A DNA stretch of 64,000 nucleotides from an uncultured Bacteroidota bacterium (GTDB lineage Bacteria; Bacteroidota; Bacteroidia; JABEUT01), in contig CAVYDB010000007.1 of assembly GCA_963767125.1 (NCBI GenBank), positions 78,083-142,082 on the forward strand, in the 5' to 3' direction. A model generated the notes under the pieces. That model was given only the letters and a program-made list of their open reading frames with translations. It searched no databases and had not been told where the DNA came from. The position numbers were made by a program, and so were the translations under genes. Below are positions 20,400 to 28,127 of this stretch, piece after piece (positions within the stretch are counted from its first letter, which is position 1; every line of letters starts with the position of its first letter).

Positions 20400-20605
20400 T
20401 TTAATGGCTTGTTCTTTTACTAATTCCGTTTTTATTTCGTCCCTCTATACCCATTTATTAATCCACCCCCGAAGGGTTGAACGTAATTAACAAGGTAATA
20501 AATTACGAAACCCTTTTATTCCCCAATGGGATTGTAAATTCATGAAGCCAATACCCCGGACATCATCGGGGGTTACTCAGATGGAAGCCCTTCAGGGCTT
20601 CTGCT

Positions 20606-21157
20606 TTACGGATTATCTGCTGTTACATCCTCTGCCAGCCTGGCATCGTCAGGAGTATTCTCTATGTCCTTATCCAGTGAATATAACGCATCATTGGTGG
20701 CTTTTTCGCCCCCGGCAATTTTCATTTTATCTAATAAGCTGATAGCCATATTTTCCTCCTCTATTTGTTCTTTTACAAACCATTGCATAAAATTCCAGGT
20801 CGCCCAATCTTCTTCTTCAAAACTCATTTTCACTAATTTGTAAATAGACCTGGTATTCTGAACCTCCTGCTCAAATACTTTTTCAAAACAATTATTTACA
20901 CTCGTGGGGTTTTTGCCCGGGGCAGGAATTGCCGTTACGGCTGCTTTAGCCCCTCTTTTTAAAATATATTCCAATAATTTCATCATGTGGTTGCGCTCCT
21001 CCTGCGCGTGCCTGAAAAGAAAATTGGCTATCCCTTCGAACCCTTCGTTAGATGCCCATGCGGCATACGATAAGTAGGTTTGAGAAGCAAGCGCTTCCTG
21101 CGACATTTGTGCATTTAAGGCAGCAGTTAATTTTTCCGATAGCCTGTTCGTTTTCAT
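20606..21157 (-). CDS. ftnA: Bacterial non-haem ferritin
   Basis: LNAQMSQEALASQTYLSYAAW...FLFRHAQEERNHMMKLLEYI...WNFMQWFVKEQIEEE matches the ferroxidase-centre residues of FtnA-type ferritins. Confidence 0.9.
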   Translation of the reverse strand: MKTNRLSEKLTAALNAQMSQEALASQTYLSYAAWASNEGFEGIANFLFRHAQEERNHMMKLLEYILKRGAKAAVTAIPAPGKNPTSVNNCFEKVFEQEVQNTRSIYKLVKMSFEEEDWATWNFMQWFVKEQIEEENMAISLLDKMKIAGGEKATNDALYSLDKDIENTPDDARLAEDVTADNP

Positions 21158-21809
21158 ATTTTTAGGATATATTATTTTTAGGGTGTAAAAGTCAAATATA
21201 CATAAAACATTGTTGCGAAAGATAAAAATATACCATGAAATATTTTATTTTTATAAAGTCATTAACTTAACATAATCAATTACTCCCGGTCAGGTACCCG
21301 GTGCTATTTACTACTCTTAACTTTCTTTAACGCAAGTAAAATGAAGGAAGCAACGTCTATGTACATGTAAGTGGCTTTAATAATTTAATATCTACAATAT
21401 GTTATACGCAAAAGATTCATCAGCCGGGTTTATGGTTTCGGGTACAGCAACGCCTTGCCAGCTAATCCATAAAATCGGATGCATCCAATCCAACACAAAA
21501 AATGAACTTGAAAAATCAACGGACTATTCTGCTCCCGTAAAAGAAGTGGAGCAAACCGGCGAAACCCAAAATAGTGCCGCCCAATATCCTAAAAAAATAG
21601 AACGCCTGCGATACGACCTTAGCATAGCTATTGGCTGATATTTTTATTTTAATAAAATATAATAGCACATATACACTACTTTTTAAAATAAACTATAGTT
21701 GGTTGCCAAACCCGGCTTACAGTAAATATACTGATTGGCATACCTCCCTGCTCATGTAAATTTTCTTCCCGCTTCGGCAGAGGTCAATAGTCCCCGGGGT
21801 CAGTATTTT

Positions 21810-22046
21810 TTACGACCATTCATAAATAAGCTCTACTAAGCAATACCCTTTTTCTTCAATTTCAGCCATAATTTTATCAGGGTCTTTACCCGTTAATTGT
21901 TGTAAACTCATGGTTGGCCCTATTGTCAGGTAAGGCTTCCATTCGCCCTTGCATTCTTTTAAGTGAGGTAAGTTATGCCCATTTTGTTCGGGTGTTATTG
22001 CAAAAACATGCTTATCGAACGGGCAATTAAAAACATATAATGTCAT
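21810..22046 (-). CDS. Hypothetical protein
   Basis: The track ORF extends to 22127; the ATG at 22044-22046 (MTLYVFNCPF...) is the likelier start. Confidence 0.4.
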   Translation of the reverse strand: MTLYVFNCPFDKHVFAITPEQNGHNLPHLKECKGEWKPYLTIGPTMSLQQLTGKDPDKIMAEIEEKGYCLVELIYEWS

Positions 22047-22136
22047 ACGCTTTTGTTTTTTTATGAATACAAATATATCAAAGTTCTTCCCCCTCCAAAA
22101 AATATATAGCCTTGCCGAAAACCACAAGTAACCCGG

Positions 22137-22205
22137 CTAACGAACCCGAACCCGCTTTATATGCGCCTTATAAGCCCATAAAAAGAAAGAAAGAGGGGAA
22201 ATAAG
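22137..22205. repeat. ~70-bp repeat, copy A (brackets the PKD-DoxX pair)
   Basis: TAACGAACCCGAACCCGCTTTATATGCGCC...AAAAAGAAAGAAAGAGGGGAAATAAG aligns at roughly 75-80 percent with 23132-23204. Confidence 0.6.
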
Positions 22206-22353
22206 CTACGGGGAGCCTGCTTTATGCCGGGTTCTTGATTCCCGATAGATCCCATTTTAACTGACATTATAGTGGCTTTAACGAAATTTTAAATAAAACA
22301 GGATGTTCCGGATGTTAATTTGCGTATGAATAACAACGCAAAATTTAAACAAA

Positions 22354-22647
22354 ATGAAAACACTACGAACCCTATCTGCCGTTTTATTTCTGACTATCTT
22401 TTCCGTTTCTTGCCAGAAAACGGCCATTGCCAATTTCAGATATACTGAAAATGGAGTGAAAACAATTTCCTTTACCAACACGTCCACCAATGCATCCAGC
22501 TATACCTGGAACTTTGGCGACGGATCAAGTTCTACGGAGACATCTCCCGTACATACATACAATAATCTGGGTTCTTACACCGTTACCCTTACAGCCCATA
22601 GTTCAGGGGGCGATGGCACAAACACCCAAAATATAACTGTGTATTAA
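22354..22647 (+). CDS. PKD domain lipoprotein
   Basis: Lipoprotein signal LTIFSVSC. FTNTSTNASSYTWNFGDGSSSTETSPVHTYNNLGSYTVTLTA is a canonical PKD motif. Confidence 0.75.
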   Translation: MKTLRTLSAVLFLTIFSVSCQKTAIANFRYTENGVKTISFTNTSTNASSYTWNFGDGSSSTETSPVHTYNNLGSYTVTLTAHSSGGDGTNTQNITVY

Positions 22648-22666
22648 CCGCTACCGGCAGCCAATT

Positions 22667-23077
22667 ATGAAAAAACTGTTGAAACTTGAGTTTATTCCCA
22701 TAAATACTAACGTGGGTCTATTATTTATACGGGTTTGGTTTTGTGTCAGTCTTTTTGTAAAACATGGCATTGAAAAGGTATTTCATTATTCCGATATGCT
22801 GGCAAAATTTCCCGACCCCATACATGTGGGTCCTGCGGCAGGCTTGTCATTTGCATTGCTCTCCGACTTTGTTTGCCCCCTGCTCATCATCATTGGCCTG
22901 GGTACACGCCTTGCCGCACTGTTCATGGTTATTAACCTGTTAGTGGTATTTACTTTTATGCACCATTTCTCGTTTATGGATGGCCATGCCGAACTGGTAT
23001 ATCTATATCTTGGGCTGGCGCTATTCATAGTTATGGCAGGTCCCGGAAAATACAGTATTGATGGGAGAATGGGCTGA
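22667..23077 (+). CDS. DoxX family membrane protein
   Basis: 136 aa, four TM helices. GLLFIRVWFCVSLFVKHGIEK...GLGTRLAALFMVINLLV is typical of DoxX. Confidence 0.7.
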   Translation: MKKLLKLEFIPINTNVGLLFIRVWFCVSLFVKHGIEKVFHYSDMLAKFPDPIHVGPAAGLSFALLSDFVCPLLIIIGLGTRLAALFMVINLLVVFTFMHHFSFMDGHAELVYLYLGLALFIVMAGPGKYSIDGRMG

Positions 23078-23131
23078 CAATATACCTGCCGCCAATAGCT
23101 GCAAGGTAGTCGCTACACCACAAACAACCGA

Positions 23132-23204
23132 TTAATGAACCTGAACCTCCTTTTATATGCCCCTGAAAATCCTGTAACAAGGAAAAAGAAAGAGGGGAAG
23201 TAAG
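23132..23204. repeat. ~70-bp repeat, copy B
   Basis: TAATGAACCTGAACCTCCTTTTATATGCCCC...AAAAAGAAAGAGGGGAAGTAAG, a direct repeat of 22137-22205. Confidence 0.6.
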
Positions 23205-23307
23205 AAAAGCTTAAAAGGATAATAAGAAATCATTTCACGCCCGCTTGAATGACCACACCAGGCAGGCAAAGGCGTAAAGTAAGGAACTCGGAAAGGGCGG
23301 TTCTACC

Positions 23308-23628
23308 ATGCTAACCGATGAGTATTTTGTACATGGGGAATTAAATTTGAAAGGATATTGCCATAAATCTATTCAGCACAATTTGAAAATATATGTGCAG
23401 GGTGACGTACACACTAATACGATTGAAAATTTTTGGAGTGTGTTAAAACGTGGACTTTATGGTATCTACCATTATACCAGTAAAAAGCACTTAGACCGCT
23501 ATCTTGATGAGTTTTGCGCCCGGTACAATACCCGGGATTTGGGAGAAGTGGAAAGATTTGATAATTTCCTATCACAGGCAGGAGGTAAAACTTTGTCTTG
23601 GAAAAGACTGGTACAGGCAACAGTATAA
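23308..23628 (+). pseudogene. IS1595-family transposase, C-terminal fragment only
   Basis: MLTDEY...VQGDVHTNTIENFWSVLKRGLYGIYHYTSKKHLDRYLDEFCARYNTR is the C-terminal third of the IS1595/ISXO2-like DDE transposase. The N-terminal two-thirds and the inverted repeats are absent. Confidence 0.75.
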
Positions 23629-23723
23629 AAAAAACATTTAGGTTTTTTCATTTTTATGGAACAAATTCACAGGTTATTACGTATATTTGTTGAAAACCTA
23701 ACGTTTGCGATATGGAATTATTT

Positions 23724-23731
23724 TATATTTG
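23724..23731 (+). promoter_or_regulatory. Bacteroidota -7 box TATATTTG (second copy at 23682-23689)
   Basis: Matches the established TAnnTTTG consensus, 28 nt upstream of ATG 23760. Confidence 0.4.
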
Positions 23732-23759
23732 CGGCGTTAATACAACACAATAATTAAAT

Positions 23760-24020
23760 ATGTTACACATGGAAACTCCTAAACTGGTATTTACTGTTCT
23801 TGTCATAAAAGACACGAAAAGTGAAAATTACACAGCTATTCTAAAAGAATTAGAAGGGGTGGTTTCTCAAGGAACAACCCCGGAAGAAGCTGTAAAAAAA
23901 CTTCCATTTGTTTTAGCCGGACTTATGGAGGCTAATAGAGAAACTGTTGAAATGCCACCATACAATGCTGAACTTATGAGTGAGAAAGAATTGGTTTACG
24001 AAAATTGCGCGATGGCATGA
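23760..24020 (+). CDS. HicB-like (UPF0150 fold) antitoxin candidate
   Basis: YTAILKELEGVVSQGTTPEEAVKKL resembles the HicB N-terminal motif (..ELPGC.SQG.T.EEA). Its stop overlaps the next start in ATGA. Confidence 0.4.
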   Translation: MLHMETPKLVFTVLVIKDTKSENYTAILKELEGVVSQGTTPEEAVKKLPFVLAGLMEANRETVEMPPYNAELMSEKELVYENCAMA

Positions 24021-24316
24021 CACAGCAGGAACTTGTAGATTATATGTATCTCAATGGTTGTCCATTATTTAAGACAACCAGATACCATACATTTGTTTTC
24101 AGGAATAAAAAATCAGGAAAGAAAGGTAGTATAAGTATTGAGAATACATATATGCCAATTTCTGTTGTGGCATTATGCAAAAGCGTAAGAATTACGTGTC
24201 CTGACCATATGAGAGAACACGATGGATTGTTAAATGATATAATAAAAGAAGTTGATGAAGGTAAGTTAGGGGGAACTTATTACGATCCATCTCCCCGACC
24301 AAAGTCGGAAGCATAA
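24017..24316 (+). CDS. HicA-like toxin candidate
   Basis: The ATG at 24017 overlaps the upstream TGA. ELVDYMYLNGCPLFKTTRYHTFVFRNKKSGKKGSISI...ISVVALCKSVRI aligns loosely with HicA (EL...L...G..L.R..GSH..F....G....V.....L..GTL..I.K...). This is a weak call. Confidence 0.3.
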   Translation: MTQQELVDYMYLNGCPLFKTTRYHTFVFRNKKSGKKGSISIENTYMPISVVALCKSVRITCPDHMREHDGLLNDIIKEVDEGKLGGTYYDPSPRPKSEA

Positions 24317-24540
24317 TTAGCGCTGTTTTTGCATTTCATAATAGCATACTTTTGTTTCGTAATTCTTAGTTAAAATAATTTCCGTTATTTTATATTGTGT
24401 GCTTCCTTGTATCTAATTGTCAGTAGTTACCATTTAAGCAGTCATACCTATGCCAGCCCTAATGCCAGCCCGAAAGGTATGGGCGGGCGTTATATGCGGT
24501 TTCTTTAGGGTCTGGAAATTGGTGTAAGGGGAAGTTCAAC

Positions 24541-24960
24541 TCAGTCTTCGATAGCCTCAATGCCCAGTTGCCTGGCTCGTTCAACATTGTCTATCATCGT
24601 TTTGAGCTGCCCGGGCGGATGCCCTTGCCAATCCGTCACCTCACCGGTAACGCGCAGGGCAGCCTTTGTGCGGTACGACTTGGTTATATTTCCGGGGAAT
24701 TTTTTGTCTGTCAAATTAGGGTCGTCTTCAATAGTGCCGGTAGGCTCAACGATATAAATCCGGCCCCTTCCGTCGCCCCGGGCAAGCTCGGCTCCCCAGG
24801 TAGCAGCATCAAGGGTAGCGGTGAGATAGACATACAATGCCTTTTTACCCTTCCCAAAGTTTGAAGTAAAGCCGGGTTGAATGAGGTCGCCCGCCTTTAA
24901 ATCGGCTTTGGTGCCATGATAAAGTGTTTGTGAAGTCAAATCGAATGCAGGTTCTCTCAT
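24541..24960 (-). CDS. arr: NAD+--rifampin ADP-ribosyltransferase (Arr)
   Basis: 139 aa. LYHGTKADLKAGDLI, ATWGAELA, GRGRIYIVEPTGTIEDDPNLTDKKFPGNITKSYRT and DWQGHPP match Arr along the whole length. Confidence 0.9.
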   Translation of the reverse strand: MREPAFDLTSQTLYHGTKADLKAGDLIQPGFTSNFGKGKKALYVYLTATLDAATWGAELARGDGRGRIYIVEPTGTIEDDPNLTDKKFPGNITKSYRTKAALRVTGEVTDWQGHPPGQLKTMIDNVERARQLGIEAIED

Positions 24961-24979
24961 CTTTTTTCACATAGATTGT

Positions 24980-25153
24980 GAGGTCCCGAGCGGATTGCTA
25001 AAGCTTCCGCTCTCCCTCGAGTTGCAAATATGAATTGTAAACTCCGTTTCCATTCCTATTTACCCTGAGGTCCCGAGCGGATTGCTAAAGCTTCCGCTCT
25101 CCCTCGAGTTGCAAATATGAATTGTAAACTCCGTTTCCATTCCTATTTACCCT
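24980..25153. repeat. Two perfect 87-bp tandem units, each starting with the 17-nt 3' end of tRNA-Cys
   Basis: Unit GAGGTCCCGAGCGGATT+70 nt occurs at 24980-25066 and 25067-25153 (identical as read). The same 17-mer opens the genuine tRNA at 25154-25170. Confidence 0.95.
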
Positions 25154-25154
25154 G

Positions 25155-25225
25155 AGGTCCCGAGCGGATTCGAACCGCTGTACAAGGTTTTGCAGACCTC
25201 TGCCTAGCCACTCGGCCACAGGACC
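25155..25225 (-). tRNA. tRNA-Cys (GCA)
   Basis: The minus strand GGTCCTGTGGCCGAGTGGCTAGGCAGAGGTCTGCAAAACCTTGTACAGCGGTTCGAATCCGCTCGGGACCT folds as a cloverleaf. It has acceptor GGTCCTG/CGGGACC, anticodon stem GAGGT/ACCTT with loop CTGCAAA, and T arm AGCGG-TTCGAAT-CCGCT. No encoded CCA. Confidence 0.9.
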
Positions 25226-25284
25226 TTTTTTAAAAATGAGGTGCAAAGGTAATAAATATTGGAATGGCAGTATGCCCTACTCTT

Positions 25285-26679
25285 TTACTGAACCACAAAT
25301 TTATATTCTCCTATCAGTGCCCCTGTATCAGACAGTACCCTGTAAAGATACATACCCGGGGGGCGGGAGCTGATATTGATAGCGTTATCGGACTGCCCCT
25401 GCACAAGAGTAGCGCTATATACCATTTCACCAAGCATATTGTAAATTTCGATAGATGAGGCTCCGCTGCCTGATGATACATGAAGGATAAACTGCCCGTT
25501 ATTAGGATTAGGATATAGCTTAACAGATGCATTATTTTTAATAGTATTGATACCTGTAGAAGGCAATACATATTTAAAAATAACCCCGGCATAATTTGAC
25601 CCTCCGCCTATGGCTGTTGTCCCAAACAAGGTATGCCCTGAAATGGTAACGTTGCTAATGGGGTCATCACCGTTGGTACCATTGAAATCAAATAAATCGT
25701 TGTACACATAATTTGTATCCATCGAAAAAATACAGCCTGAATCATTCACGCCACCCACCTGGGCCATGCCATACAATTCACTTCCGGAAAGAACCAAATC
25801 GCCATCGGGATATTGACCGTAAGGAGATGTAGTTCCATCTAAATCTACCAGGTCGGCAAACCCTACCCCATTGGTATCAATAGAGAAAATATTACCATCT
25901 TCGTTTACACCGCCTCCATTTGTCATCCCGAAAAACTGGTATTTGCTTAATGTCAACAGGTTATTTGGGTAAGCCCCATCGTTCCCGCTAAAATCATACA
26001 TGTCAACAAAGCCGGTTCCATCAGAGTCCATAGAAAAAATATTACCAATACCATCCGCACCGCCATAACCGCCCATGCCATATAATTTATGCCCGATAAT
26101 GGTTACATCTCCATAAGGGCTTTGCCCGTCAGTGCCATCAAAATCAAACAGGTCTTTGTAATTATTTCCATTGGTATCCATCGTAAAAATATTTCCCATA
26201 ATATTTACTCCGCCGGTAAAAGTAATACCAAACATTTTATTACCCGACAGCACTAACGAACCAATAGGAGAAGCCCCGTTGGGGCCATTAAAGTCGAGTA
26301 AATCACGGTAATCAGCCCCGCTGGTATCAATAGAAAATACACAGCCGCTGTCGTTCAACCCTCCCCCGGCAACCATTCCATACAACTTATTCCCCGAAAG
26401 TTTTAATGAACCTCCCTGTGGATATGCCCCGTTTTCTCCGTCAAAGTCAAATATGTCTTTGTAATTGGCACCGCTGGTATCCATCGAAAAAATACACCCC
26501 ACTCCATTTACCCCTCCGCCATTTGCCATTCCATATAATTTGGAAGAGGAAAGCGTGAGAGCCCCCAGAGGATATGCCCCCGTAGTGATATCAAATGAAT
26601 GGAGAACAGTGTATTGGGCATCGGTAATAAATGTTCCTAAACAGAACAAAGCGGAAAATAATACGTAATACTTTTTCAT
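25285..26679 (-). CDS. Gloeo_Verruco-type repeat protein with T9SS C-terminal sorting domain
   Basis: A ~50-aa unit is repeated about 7 times (LYGM..GGG.N..G.IFS.DT.G..Y.DL.DF.G.NG..P.G.L.LSG.KL). There is a signal peptide, and the C-terminus is LYPNPNNGQFIL...IEIYNMLGEMVY...PGMYLYRVLSDTG. Confidence 0.6.
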   Translation of the reverse strand: MKKYYVLFSALFCLGTFITDAQYTVLHSFDITTGAYPLGALTLSSSKLYGMANGGGVNGVGCIFSMDTSGANYKDIFDFDGENGAYPQGGSLKLSGNKLYGMVAGGGLNDSGCVFSIDTSGADYRDLLDFNGPNGASPIGSLVLSGNKMFGITFTGGVNIMGNIFTMDTNGNNYKDLFDFDGTDGQSPYGDVTIIGHKLYGMGGYGGADGIGNIFSMDSDGTGFVDMYDFSGNDGAYPNNLLTLSKYQFFGMTNGGGVNEDGNIFSIDTNGVGFADLVDLDGTTSPYGQYPDGDLVLSGSELYGMAQVGGVNDSGCIFSMDTNYVYNDLFDFNGTNGDDPISNVTISGHTLFGTTAIGGGSNYAGVIFKYVLPSTGINTIKNNASVKLYPNPNNGQFILHVSSGSGASSIEIYNMLGEMVYSATLVQGQSDNAINISSRPPGMYLYRVLSDTGALIGEYKFVVQ

Positions 26680-26789
26680 GGTTTGGATAATTTATGGTTA
26701 GTAATGAAACGTGAAGATACACAAAATTTAATTCGGGAACAGGTATCCGGGAAAAATATAGTACGCTTTTAAAAAAAACTTCTTCCTTC

Positions 26790-27422
26790 TTAGGTCAACT
26801 CCAGCTTCCCTCTTACCAAATAAACCCCTAATACATCTTTCCGCTTTATTTCCATAGGCTCAAACTTTTCGTTGGCGCTTTTCAAAATAAATAAGGTTTT
26901 ATTAGAAGTATGAGGATGTATGTATTTCAATACGGAATAGTCGGCAAGCAGCACTATATGCGGCTCTCCGTAAGATATATGGCTTTGGTCATTTATTTTT
27001 TTACAAACTACAATATCACCGTTGCAATATTTGGGATACATGCTATGTCCATTTACACGCACTGCAATATGGCAGTCTTTAAAATGAGGAATAGTTAAAA
27101 AATAAGAAGCGTTTTTCACCTGTTCACCAAAGTTATTTACGTTGCCGCCTGTAACACTGGCTTCATAAAAAGGAATTTGAACCTCAGGCTCAGGGGTATG
27201 TGCCACTTTCGGTTCTTTTAACAGCCCTTTTTGAATCTTGGGGTTGTCTAAATCAAATCCAATGTGTCTAATTTTGTCTATATAATAGTCGTCCAGTATT
27301 TCCCGTTTAAAGAGAAGATACACATTCGCCCTTGATATTCCCATACCATCGGCAACTTCAGTAACGGTAAGGTTACTGTTATTTACCAGTTTTTTAAAAT
27401 ATTCTCCCTGATGCATAAGCAA
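26790..27422 (-). CDS. Phage CI-like repressor (HTH + S24/LexA-type peptidase domain)
   Basis: N-terminal HTH LTVTEVADGMGISRANVYLLFKRE. The C-terminal VRVNGHSMYPKYCNGDIVVCKK shows the S24 Ser/Lys arrangement. The gene is divergent from a Cro-like gene. Confidence 0.8.
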   Translation of the reverse strand: MLMHQGEYFKKLVNNSNLTVTEVADGMGISRANVYLLFKREILDDYYIDKIRHIGFDLDNPKIQKGLLKEPKVAHTPEPEVQIPFYEASVTGGNVNNFGEQVKNASYFLTIPHFKDCHIAVRVNGHSMYPKYCNGDIVVCKKINDQSHISYGEPHIVLLADYSVLKYIHPHTSNKTLFILKSANEKFEPMEIKRKDVLGVYLVRGKLELT

Positions 27423-27446
27423 TTAATAGCAGTGTTAATAATTTAG

Positions 27447-27505
27447 TGTCCATTTATTTGACATTCATATAATCTATCGTCTACTTTTGTGTCCAATTTA
27501 TGACG
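27447..27505. promoter_or_regulatory. Operator-like repeats in the repressor/cro divergent region
   Basis: GTGTCCATTTATTTGAC (27447-27463) and GTGTCCAATTTATGAC (27490-27505). An inverted half-site TGACACAC lies at ~27523-27530. Confidence 0.5.
27483..27490 (+). promoter_or_regulatory. -7 box TACTTTTG for the rightward (cro-like) transcript
   Basis: Matches TAnnTTTG. Its last base is the first base of the second operator repeat. Confidence 0.45.
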
Positions 27506-27745
27506 CAAATATATACAAAAATGACACACCCGACACTTACCCAAAAAATGCGCAGCCTGGCACAACGTGACCGGGACCTGCAAATTGCTATTGCCCAGGA
27601 AATTGGAATAGCCATAGTCACTATTTACCAATGGGCAAAATATTATCCCGAACGGCTTGCAAAGAACAGGGCAGCGTTGAGAGTAATTCTTCAATATATG
27701 AAGGAAAACAAAAAAACAGTAAAGCAGCAATTCACAAAAAATTAA
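27500..27745 (+). CDS. Cro/Ner-like small HTH protein
   Basis: 81 aa with HTH IAIAQEIGIAIVTIYQWAKYYP, first gene of the rightward early operon. The start may be Met 27521. Confidence 0.6.
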   Translation: MTQIYTKMTHPTLTQKMRSLAQRDRDLQIAIAQEIGIAIVTIYQWAKYYPERLAKNRAALRVILQYMKENKKTVKQQFTKN

Positions 27746-27755
27746 ACCTATCACC

Positions 27756-27887
27756 ATGTTAAACAAATTCAAAACACACTGCATACTGCGCAGGCAAAAA
27801 AGCAGCATTACTGTATGGCTCATCCTAATTGTACTAACAGAACTGCTGGTTTTGGGCTTACTGACATGGTTCATATTTCAGGCCTGA
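27756..27887 (+). CDS. Small single-TM protein (43 aa)
   Basis: Own reading: MLNKFKTHCILRRQKSSITVWLILIVLTELLVLGLLTWFIFQA. It is below the track size cut-off. Confidence 0.3.
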   Translation: MLNKFKTHCILRRQKSSITVWLILIVLTELLVLGLLTWFIFQA

Positions 27888-27920
27888 ATCTTATATCTTT
27901 TATACTTAATTATTTTTATT

Positions 27921-28127
27921 ATGAATACTACTCATCACGCGCAAACACCCGGGGATAAATTTCCGGCGGGGAGTTTAAACACAAAAGACATTCAGTTTAC
28001 CCAGGCGAAAAAAGCAAGTGATAAACCGGAAGAAACATTCATCATTCACGATGCAAAAATTATTACTCCCCGGCCTTATGGAGTATTTGCCTTATGTAAA
28101 ATTTTTGAACACCTGCAGATTAACTAA
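27921..28127 (+). CDS. Hypothetical early phage protein
   Basis: 68-aa ORF in the early operon orientation. No motif. Confidence 0.4.
   Translation: MNTTHHAQTPGDKFPAGSLNTKDIQFTQAKKASDKPEETFIIHDAKIITPRPYGVFALCKIFEHLQIN

Noticed and set aside
21399-21638. 79-aa ORF in the long ferritin-upstream intergenic region
   Set aside because: It has no motif, no -7 box or plausible start context, and its composition resembles non-coding DNA. It is left unannotated.
24980-25153. Tandem 87-bp repeats considered as a possible CRISPR or minisatellite array
   Set aside because: There are only two units and they are identical throughout, so no repeat/spacer alternation exists. Each unit starts with the tRNA-Cys 3' end, and no cas genes are nearby.
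26680-26790. Search for an att site or integrase at the left edge of the prophage
   Set aside because: No integrase-like ORF lies between tRNA-Cys and the repressor. I could not find a direct repeat of this segment elsewhere in the window, and the right end lies outside the window.
27443-27874. 143-aa minus-strand ORF spanning the operator region and the cro-like gene
   Set aside because: It overlaps the HTH-bearing plus-strand ORF and the small membrane ORF, is Cys/Phe/Leu-rich with no motif, and would run through the divergent promoter region.
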